Origin: an unicellular cyanobacterium SU2
Lineage (GTDB): Bacteria > Cyanobacteriota > Cyanobacteriia > Cyanobacteriales > Microcystaceae
DNA: 32,000 nucleotides
Assembly: GCA_002110465.1 (NCBI GenBank)
Contig: NEED01000001.1
Coordinates: 127,650 to 159,649, forward strand
Direction: 5' to 3'
Shown: positions 1 to 7,466 of the stretch, piece after piece
Position numbering within the stretch: the first letter of the stretch is position 1
Layout of the letters: each line of letters starts with the position of its first letter
Program-made: the position numbers and the translations under genes
Notes under the pieces: model-generated
The model's input: only the letters and a program-made list of their open reading frames with translations
Database searches by the model: none
Told to the model about the DNA's origin: nothing

Positions 1-1293
1 GTTTATATTGTAGTGATGGTCGTCTATAGTCCCTTATTAACTGCGGTTGCTTTAGGCATTGTTCCTATTTTTGTGGTAATGACCCTCATCTTCTCCCCCA
101 CCATCCGTCGTCAACTGCGGACAAAGGCTGAGCGCAACGCCCAAACGCAGTCCTATCTCGTCGAAGTGATGTCAGGCATTCAAACCGTTAAAGCCCAAAA
201 TATTGAATTGCGATCGCGTTGGCAATGGCAAGATAAATACTCCCGTTACGTCTCAGCAGGGTTTAATACCGTCATTACCTCCACCCTAGCCAGTTCCACC
301 AGTAACTTCCTGAATAAACTCTCCGGGCTATTGGTGTTATGGGTCGGAGCATATTTAGTGCTACAAGGAGATCTAACTCTGGGGCAATTGATCGCCTTCC
401 GAATCATTGCCAGTTACGTAACATCTCCCATTCTGCGCTTAACCCAACTTTGGCAAAACTTCCAAGAAACCGCCCTGTCCTTAGAACGGTTAGCCGACAT
501 TGTAGACACCCCCCAAGAAGCTGAACAAGACAGACAAAACATTCCGATGCCATTAATTCAAGGGGCTGTCAAGTATGAAAAAGTCTGTTTCCGTTTCAAA
601 AAACACGGCCCCTTACAACTCTACAATGTAGACCTGGAATTTCCCCCAGGAACCTTTGTCGCCGTGGTTGGGCAAAGTGGAGCCGGCAAAAGTACCCTAA
701 CCAAATTGATGTCACGGCTTTATGAACCAGAGTCAGGGCGCATCCTCATCGATAACTACGACATTTCTAAAGTGGAATTATATTCTCTGCGTCGTCAAGT
801 CGGGGTCGTTCCTCAAGATACCCTCTTGTTTGATGGTACAGTACAAGAGAATATTGCCCTAACTAACCCCGATGCTAGTATCGAAGAGATCACAGAAGCC
901 GCCCAAGTGGCAGCCGCCCACGACTTCATTATGACCCTGCCGAGTGGTTACAATACCAGAGTTGGAGAACGGGGAGCTGCTCTATCAGGGGGACAAAGAC
1001 AAAGGATTGCGATCGCTCGCTCTGTCTTACAAAGACCTCGGATTCTATTGTTAGATGAAGCCACTAGCGCGTTGGACTATGCAACCGAACAGCAAGTTTG
1101 TCTAAATTTATTGGAGGCTTTTAAGGATACCACCGTCTTTTTTATTACCCATCGTCTTGGTTCGATTAGAGGGGCTGATGTTATTGTCATGATGGATTCA
1201 GGGTCTGTGGTAGAACAGGGAACTCATGAAGAGTTAATGGCCAAGAAGGGGCGATATTACTCATTGTATCAACAACAAGAAGCAAATCAGTAA
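1..1293 (+). CDS. ABC transporter permease/ATP-binding protein, HlyB / bacteriocin-exporter type (type I secretion); 5' end cut by window edge
   Basis: Reading frame stays open back to base 1. Hydrophobic TM segments are followed by Walker A GQSGAGKST, ABC signature LSGGQRQRIAIAR, Walker B ILLLDEATSALD and H-loop FFITHRL. An HlyD-family gene lies directly downstream. Confidence 0.9.
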   Translation, partial: VYIVVMVVYSPLLTAVALGIVPIFVVMTLIFSPTIRRQLRTKAERNAQTQSYLVEVMSGIQTVKAQNIELRSRWQWQDKYSRYVSAGFNTVITSTLASSTSNFLNKLSGLLVLWVGAYLVLQGDLTLGQLIAFRIIASYVTSPILRLTQLWQNFQETALSLERLADIVDTPQEAEQDRQNIPMPLIQGAVKYEKVCFRFKKHGPLQLYNVDLEFPPGTFVAVVGQSGAGKSTLTKLMSRLYEPESGRILIDNYDISKVELYSLRRQVGVVPQDTLLFDGTVQENIALTNPDASIEEITEAAQVAAAHDFIMTLPSGYNTRVGERGAALSGGQRQRIAIARSVLQRPRILLLDEATSALDYATEQQVCLNLLEAFKDTTVFFITHRLGSIRGADVIVMMDSGSVVEQGTHEELMAKKGRYYSLYQQQEANQ

Positions 1294-1404
1294 AGAATTA
1301 ATCACATTTGAAACTGACTAGGTGAAAGTCACAACCTAGTTTAAATTGGGTAATCTAAGTTCATTGCTCATGTCATTCAAGACAAAAAGTTAAACGTTAA
1401 AACA

Positions 1405-3135
1405 ATGAATCAAAACAACGGGAATCAAAACCAGGGGGCAATCATGACCCAAGCCTCCCAAAATGGGTCAAACTCCCTTGCTAAATCCGATAACACAGAG
1501 AATTCTCTAGGTCAAAACTTTTTGAATCCTATCAACTCTGAGCAAGCAGTGATCTTGCGTCAATCTCCCCATTGGTCAAGGGCAGTGGTTTGGACGATCA
1601 TGGGAGTAACCACAGCAACGGTAATTTGGGCTTCAGTAGCGACCATTGAACAAGTCGTTCAAGCAAAAGGTCAACTCAAGCCCCAAGGAGCTACTAAAGA
1701 AATTCAAGCTCCTATTAATGGGGTGGTTGAAAAAGTCTTCATCGAAGATGGGGATTTTGTTGAGAAAGGACAAGTATTAGTGGCGATGGATTCGGAATCG
1801 ACAACCGCCGAATTAGCTTCCTTAAGGAAAGTTAAACAGTCCCTAGAACAAGAAAATAAATTCTATCGGACACTAATGGCACAATCACTCGATCCCGAAG
1901 CAGTAGAAGCGGCGATTCTTAAGCTCGATATCCCAGTAGAAGTGGCTGCCCTCGCTCGTAACCGCACCGCTTTGATTAGAGAAAATCAACTCTATCAAAT
2001 TCAATTAGGGGAATCTGTTCCAGGGGCAAATCTTACACCCGATCAAGTTGCTAGACTCCGCGCGGCTCAAGGGGAATTATCCTCTCGTGCCATGGCAGCC
2101 CGACTGGAGATGGAACAACTCCAAAAACAACTCCGACAAACTCAGAACCAGTTAAGTGATGCGAAAAATCAGCTACAAGACGATCAAAAAGTTTTAGCCG
2201 AAATTAATAATCGCAATAAAGAAGCGATGGCAGAGGCCGAAAAAGCGTTAGAAATTGAGCAGAAAATTCTCAAGGATATTGAACCGTTACTAGAAGACGG
2301 GGCATTAGCTAGACTGCAAGTTGAACGACAATACCAATCAATTGCTGAGCGTAGACAACGGTTAACGGAACTAATTTCTAACGGAACTATTGAATATGAT
2401 CGACAAAGGCAACAAGTACAAGATAGAAAGACAGAGATTGCTCGTTTGCAAGAAGAAGAAAGGCGGTTAGAGTTGGCGATTTCTCAAGCCCAGGCTCGGT
2501 TAAACAATACTATTGTTCTGAGTGAAAAAGAAGTTCGCGATAGCTTTTCAGATAATAAAGAAAGAATTGCCGAAATTGACAGTCAATTAACCAAAATTAT
2601 TGTCGAAAACAATAAACGCATCGCCGAATTAAATAGTGAAATCAGTCGTACTCAGGTTACATTAAGATACCAAGATATTAAAGCTCCTGTCAGCGGGACT
2701 GTGTTTGAGCTCAAGGCAAGTCCTGGATATGTTCCCCCTCCTAACCAAACCGAACCCCTCTTGAAAATTGTTCCTGATGATAATCTAGTGGCTGAAGTGG
2801 ATGTGACTAACGAAGATATTGGGTTTGTACGCACAGGACAAAAAGCAGACATACGGATTGATTCATTTCCCTTTAGTGAATTTGGGGATATTAAAGGAGA
2901 AGTGATTTCTATTGGTTCAGATGCCCTAGAACCTAATGAAATTCATCGTTTTTATCGCTTTCCCGTTAAAGTCGAATTAGATCAACAATTTCTGACAACC
3001 CGCGATCGCGACATTGATTTACAATCAGGAATGTCTGTAAGTGTCAACATTAAAGTCCGAGAAAATCGTACGGTTATTAGCCTAGTGACTGAACTCTTTA
3101 GTAAGAAAGTCGAAAGTCTTAAACAAGTTCGATAA
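1405..3135 (+). CDS. HlyD-family membrane fusion / periplasmic adaptor protein of a type I secretion system
   Basis: 576 aa. N/Q-rich N-terminus, single TM (AVVWTIMGVTTATVIWASVA), lipoyl-like hairpin GVVEKVFIEDGDFVEKGQVLVAMD, very long Q/E/R-rich coiled coil, second hairpin half IKAPVSGTV and a C-terminal beta domain. Alternative in-frame ATG at 1444. Confidence 0.9.
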   Translation: MNQNNGNQNQGAIMTQASQNGSNSLAKSDNTENSLGQNFLNPINSEQAVILRQSPHWSRAVVWTIMGVTTATVIWASVATIEQVVQAKGQLKPQGATKEIQAPINGVVEKVFIEDGDFVEKGQVLVAMDSESTTAELASLRKVKQSLEQENKFYRTLMAQSLDPEAVEAAILKLDIPVEVAALARNRTALIRENQLYQIQLGESVPGANLTPDQVARLRAAQGELSSRAMAARLEMEQLQKQLRQTQNQLSDAKNQLQDDQKVLAEINNRNKEAMAEAEKALEIEQKILKDIEPLLEDGALARLQVERQYQSIAERRQRLTELISNGTIEYDRQRQQVQDRKTEIARLQEEERRLELAISQAQARLNNTIVLSEKEVRDSFSDNKERIAEIDSQLTKIIVENNKRIAELNSEISRTQVTLRYQDIKAPVSGTVFELKASPGYVPPPNQTEPLLKIVPDDNLVAEVDVTNEDIGFVRTGQKADIRIDSFPFSEFGDIKGEVISIGSDALEPNEIHRFYRFPVKVELDQQFLTTRDRDIDLQSGMSVSVNIKVRENRTVISLVTELFSKKVESLKQVR

Positions 3136-3150
3136 TACATATGTAAGCTT

Positions 3151-3184
3151 CCCACGACTACCCTACGTTAACTAAAGTCGTGGG
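3151..3184 (+). terminator. Hairpin downstream of the HlyD gene (candidate intrinsic terminator)
   Basis: 9-bp stem cccacgact / agtcgtggg with a 16-nt loop, followed by gtttct. Starts 16 nt after the stop codon. Confidence 0.5.
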
Positions 3185-3277
3185 GTTTCTGTAGCCCTGC
3201 TGAATCCACATATTTAAACTTCAACAAAGGCAAGCCATTTCAGACAAGGAAAAATCAGGGTTTGTTGAAACAAGCTC

Positions 3278-3340
3278 TTGACTGTTATTGACAATTACTA
3301 TAAATTAAGTTTTAGATTATTGAGAATAATTCTTGATAAT
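3278..3340 (+). promoter_or_regulatory. Candidate flavodoxin promoter (TTGACT 3278-3283, TATAAA/ATAAAT 3299-3305) with an overlapping/downstream FurA-like iron box (3316-3340)
   Basis: 3317-3327 ttattgagaat is the exact reverse complement of ATTCTCAATAA. As I recall it, that is the core of the Anabaena FurA consensus AAATAAATTCTCAATAAAT. The flanks are AT-rich GATAAT-like hexamers (cttgataat). The site lies 57-80 nt upstream of the flavodoxin ATG. Confidence 0.55.
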
Positions 3341-3396
3341 TTACAAGTCAATCTTGACTAAAGAAAACCTAAAAAAATCAATTTTCAAGGTTAAAA

Positions 3397-3909
3397 ATGA
3401 ACAAAATAGGCTTATTTTACGGTACACAAACAGGTAAGACAGAAGCAGTAGCAGAAATGATTCAAACGGAACTTGGAGGGGAAGATACAGTAGATTTACA
3501 GGATATTTCTACTGTTGAGCCTAAAGAATTAGAAAATTATGACTATTTGATCATCGGCTGTCCTACTTGGAACATTGGTGAGCTACAAGGTGATTGGGAT
3601 GGTATTTACGATGATTTAGACGATATTGATTTTAATGGCAAAACAGTTGCTTATTTTGGGACAGGAGATCAAATCGGCTATAGTGACAATTTTCAGGATG
3701 CCATTGGTATTTTAGAAGAAAAAATTAGTGGATTGGGCGGAAAAACTGTCGGTTATTGGCCAACCGATGGTTATGACTTCAGCGAGTCCAAGGCAGTGAA
3801 TAATGGCAAGTTTGTGGGTTTAGCTCTTGATGAAGATAATCAACCAGAATTAACAGAGCAACGAATTAAGACTTGGATAGGTCAATTGAAGAACGAATTT
3901 GGCTTGTAA
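3397..3909 (+). CDS. isiB: Long-chain flavodoxin
   Basis: 170 aa. N-terminal FMN phosphate loop GLFYGTQTGKTE, CPTWNIGELQ, YFGTGDQIGYSDNFQDA and the long-chain insertion. Full-length match to the remembered cyanobacterial flavodoxin pattern. Confidence 0.95.
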   Translation: MNKIGLFYGTQTGKTEAVAEMIQTELGGEDTVDLQDISTVEPKELENYDYLIIGCPTWNIGELQGDWDGIYDDLDDIDFNGKTVAYFGTGDQIGYSDNFQDAIGILEEKISGLGGKTVGYWPTDGYDFSESKAVNNGKFVGLALDEDNQPELTEQRIKTWIGQLKNEFGL

Positions 3910-4162
3910 GTTAGATCTTTTATCAGGTTTAGTTTGGATTATGTCTAGTCCGAGATCTTGCACCTGATCTTGAAAACCTGATTGTGAATTAAATGACAAG
4001 GAATTCAAGAGGGTTTAGTGCCTCCCCAAATCAATTTTTGGGGGACTTGTTGAGAATGGTGCAAGCTCTGAGTATTCCCCTGTTGCTCCTTCTCCTTAGT
4101 TATCACTCGGAAGAAGGGGTTTTCTTCCCATTACTTACTCGATTAATTTACGGCAAAGATTA

Positions 4163-4903
4163 ATGATGTCTCAGTTTCCTCATGCTCTATGGGTAAATGT
4201 TAATCCCAATTTGCGAAGATTTGATCAACCCCTGCTTAATATCTTATCTCAGCACACAGTAATTGCTGAATGGGAGTATTGTCAAACTCCCGATGAACCG
4301 GCTTCCTTAGAAATTGCCCTAGTCTTGTTAGAGGACTATCTTAAACAATGTGACCATCCCGTTCATCTACTTGGTCATGGAACAGGTGGACTAATCAGTT
4401 GGCTTTATACTCTTCGCCATCCCAAACGAGTTAAATCCTTAACATTACTTTCTGTGGGGGCTAATCCAGCAGTTGATTGGCAAGCTTATTATTTTGAACA
4501 GCTGAATCTGCTGCCATGTTCTCGTGAAATTTTGTTAACACAGATGGTTTACAATCTTTTCGGTCGTCAATGTCCAGTAATTACCCGAAAATATCGTAAA
4601 ATTCTTGACCAAGATTTGGGTCTATCCCTATCTCCCCATAACTTGTATCAGCGACTGCACATCTCACCAAAAACTATTCCAGTACCTCTTTTGGTTTGTG
4701 GAGGAGAACATGATGTCGTTATTAGTTCTAACCTATGGCAAAAATGGAAGTCTTGGTTGAAAGAGGGTGATCGTTTATGGCAATGTTTAAAGGGTCGCTA
4801 TTTCTTTCATGCTTCTTATCCACATCGAGTCAGTTATCAAATTGAAGATTTTTGGGACTCTTTAGTTTCTGTCCCTGCTTCGACTTATGAAGAGTCCAGG
4901 TAA
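4163..4903 (+). CDS. alpha/beta-hydrolase-fold protein with atypical nucleophile elbow (GHGTGG)
   Basis: 246 aa. Elbow-like HLLGHGTGGL, later acid-position motif CGGEHDVV and a C-terminal His (FFHASYPH), as in alpha/beta hydrolases. The Ser of GxSxG is Gly. Confidence 0.6.
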   Translation: MMSQFPHALWVNVNPNLRRFDQPLLNILSQHTVIAEWEYCQTPDEPASLEIALVLLEDYLKQCDHPVHLLGHGTGGLISWLYTLRHPKRVKSLTLLSVGANPAVDWQAYYFEQLNLLPCSREILLTQMVYNLFGRQCPVITRKYRKILDQDLGLSLSPHNLYQRLHISPKTIPVPLLVCGGEHDVVISSNLWQKWKSWLKEGDRLWQCLKGRYFFHASYPHRVSYQIEDFWDSLVSVPASTYEESR

Positions 4904-4998
4904 AATGAATGAATACAATTAGGTTTTAGACTAAAGTGAAGGTCGGCTCAAGATAAAAAAATATTGGCTGATTTTTCACTTTTCTCGACAATAGTGTC

Positions 4999-6255
4999 AT
5001 GGATTTACTTGAATATCAAGCGAAAGAACTTTTTCATCGGGTGGGTATTCCCATTTTGCCATCCCAACCCATCGCTAATCTCAGTGAAATCAAACATCTC
5101 CAGATTCCCTATCCGGTCGTGTTAAAGTCACAAGTGCGTTCTGGGGGTCGTGGCAGGGCCGGAGGTATCCGCTTTGTAGAAAATACTATAGATGCGATCG
5201 CGGCTGCTCAAGCAATTTTTAGTCTGGCGATTTTAGGAGAATATCCTGAAGTAATCTTGGCAGAAGCTCGCTATGATACCCAATCAGAATTTTTCCTCTC
5301 AGTTCTTCTTGATTATCAACTTCAGCGTCCAGTTTTACTCGGGTCAACCCGAGGGGGAATTGAGGTGGAAACTCTCCTGAAGAATATTGAAAAAGTCGTG
5401 GTTGATGGAGACTTTTCCCCTTTTTACGCTCGCCGTCTAGCAACTAAAATGGGACTTAAAGGGGCATTGATCCCAACGGTAAGTTCTATTATCGAAAAAA
5501 TGTACCAAATTTTCGTAGAAAAAGATTTGGATTGGATTGAAATCAATCCTTTAGCAGTAAGTCCCACTGGAGAAGTGATGGCCTTAGATGGCAAAATCGC
5601 CGTCAATGATGCAGCATTGTTCCGTCATGAGGATCTTGTCGCATTACTAACGCCTCAGAAATCAGAAAGTTCTTTAATCAGCCTAAGAGAGGTTGAAGCT
5701 AAATCCTTTTCTGTCATTGAAGCTTCTCAAAAAGACGGTAAAATCGCTATGATTAGTAACGGCTGGGGATTGACTCTCACCACTTGGGATCTATTCGTGA
5801 ACCAAAAAGTGAATCCAGCTTGTGCTTGGATACTTAACGAACAAGAAGGGTTAACCGCTTTAGGAGAACAGCTAACGATTGCCTTAAAACAGGCCATGAA
5901 ATTAACTCATTTAAGGGTTATCCTAGTTAATGTTTTAGGTGATGCGAATACTTCTGAGGCCGTCGCTCAAGTAGTTGCCGATTGCTGTCAACCTTACCTT
6001 AACGGTGTCAACAACCTTCGGGAAGATCGCTTACCTCGACCAACAGGGACTAACGCCATTGATCGTCAACGGGGTCGTCAATCTCAAGGCTATTCAGTCC
6101 CATTCAAGGAACTTCCCCCTTTAGTCGTTCGCCTGGTTGGGGGAAATTTTGAACCGATTAAAGAAAGTCTTTGTGACTTGCCGATTGACTGGGTAGAGGA
6201 TTTAGAAGAAGCGATCGCCAAAACAATTTCTCTTATAACTCCTCAAAAGAAATAA
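4999..6255 (+). CDS. sucC: Succinate--CoA ligase beta-subunit-like ATP-grasp protein (divergent)
   Basis: 418 aa. N-terminal MDLLEYQAKELFHRVGIP, VLKSQVRSGGRGRAGGIRFV, EINPL and LDGKI match the SucC ATP-grasp half. The C-terminal half is recognisable but eroded. Confidence 0.8.
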   Translation: MDLLEYQAKELFHRVGIPILPSQPIANLSEIKHLQIPYPVVLKSQVRSGGRGRAGGIRFVENTIDAIAAAQAIFSLAILGEYPEVILAEARYDTQSEFFLSVLLDYQLQRPVLLGSTRGGIEVETLLKNIEKVVVDGDFSPFYARRLATKMGLKGALIPTVSSIIEKMYQIFVEKDLDWIEINPLAVSPTGEVMALDGKIAVNDAALFRHEDLVALLTPQKSESSLISLREVEAKSFSVIEASQKDGKIAMISNGWGLTLTTWDLFVNQKVNPACAWILNEQEGLTALGEQLTIALKQAMKLTHLRVILVNVLGDANTSEAVAQVVADCCQPYLNGVNNLREDRLPRPTGTNAIDRQRGRQSQGYSVPFKELPPLVVRLVGGNFEPIKESLCDLPIDWVEDLEEAIAKTISLITPQKK

Positions 6256-6355
6256 GTAGTCTTAACCTTAATTGAGGCAAAACTTAACAACACACAGGGT
6301 TATTTTTTGGTTTAATTCCACTAGGAATCCACTTTAACGAGACAATAGCTAATTT

Positions 6356-7258
6356 ATGAAATGGCAAGCTGACAGCAAAATTCTCATCCAAGGGATTACG
6401 AGTCCTCAGGGAGTTATTTATGGGGATCGGATGAAAGAATTTGGAATGAATATTGTGGCAGGAATTAGTCTTAATGGCGACATCTCTCAGGTAGGTGAAA
6501 TTCCTGTCTTTAATTTAGTAGAACAAGCCATCACTCAGCTTGGAGACATTGATATTAGTTTGATTTTTACCCCTCCTCATGAAGTATTAGATGCTGCTTT
6601 AGAGGCTATGGCATCAGGGATTCAACAATTGGTGATTGTGTCTGGGGGAGTTCCCCCCTTAGATATGGTCAAACTTCTTCATCAAGCACAAGTTAACAAT
6701 ACGTTTATTTTAGGGTCAGGCAGTCAAGGGTTAATTATTCCTGATAAGTTTTGGTTAGGGATTGGTGAGTATTCTTTTTATAGTCCTGGCGCGGTGGGAA
6801 TGATTAGTCGTGGCGATCGCCTTCTTGATGAAGTGGCTAGGGAATTAACTCAAGCTAAGTTAGGCCAGTCCCTCGCCGTTAGTTTAGGAACAGATTTAAT
6901 TATTGGCTCAAATTTTGAGCAGTGGTTACAAATAATTGAAGAAGATGATACCACTAAGGTAATTGTTCTCTTAGGCAAGTGCGACAGCTATGCTGAAGTC
7001 TCTGCGGCCGAATATATTGCGTCAGCTATTGAAAAACCAGTCATTGCTTATATTACCGGAATTCATGCTCCGATTGAACGAAATTTTCGAGATGCTAAAA
7101 CCATTGTGGCAGCCCAACTCTCTTCTTCTAGGGGACAGGTTTCTTCAGACCAAGCGATCATGGATGCTTTCAAAAAAGCGAAGGTTAAGGTAGCCAAACA
7201 TCCGTTTGAGATTGTTAAGCTAGTTAAAGCCTCTCTTTCTCGTAAATCTTCTAAGTAG
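6356..7258 (+). CDS. sucD: Succinate--CoA ligase alpha-subunit-like protein (divergent, no GHAGA loop)
   Basis: 300 aa, collinear by eye with E. coli SucD: ILIQGITSPQG vs VICQGFTGSQG, GMISRGDRL vs GIVSRSGTL, KPVIAYITGIHAP vs KPVVGYIAGVTAP. Confidence 0.75.
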   Translation: MKWQADSKILIQGITSPQGVIYGDRMKEFGMNIVAGISLNGDISQVGEIPVFNLVEQAITQLGDIDISLIFTPPHEVLDAALEAMASGIQQLVIVSGGVPPLDMVKLLHQAQVNNTFILGSGSQGLIIPDKFWLGIGEYSFYSPGAVGMISRGDRLLDEVARELTQAKLGQSLAVSLGTDLIIGSNFEQWLQIIEEDDTTKVIVLLGKCDSYAEVSAAEYIASAIEKPVIAYITGIHAPIERNFRDAKTIVAAQLSSSRGQVSSDQAIMDAFKKAKVKVAKHPFEIVKLVKASLSRKSSK

Positions 7259-7466
7259 TTGGTCACAAGTAACGTTAACTGTGAGGTTGGGGAACGCCGG
7301 AACAGGTAAGGGTTGTACCCTTGTTAACATAATTTGATATGGTGCTGTTTATTTATGTCCGACTGCGTAATTTTTGGGGATGAACAATTATCAATTAATA
7401 AAACCAAAAAGATTTTTATTCCTGAAGAATCTAATACAAACTTGTCTTTATTTTTAGCCCCTTAAC

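Noticed and set aside
7355-7465. 36-codon ORF (MSDCVIFGDEQLSINKTKKIF...) in the convergent sucD-like/hisZ spacer.
   Set aside because: It has no SD, is AT-rich, sits in a terminator region between convergent genes, and has no recognisable motif. It is probably a chance ORF. The nearby hairpin aagggt-tgt-accctt (7308-7322) is a weak bidirectional terminator candidate only.
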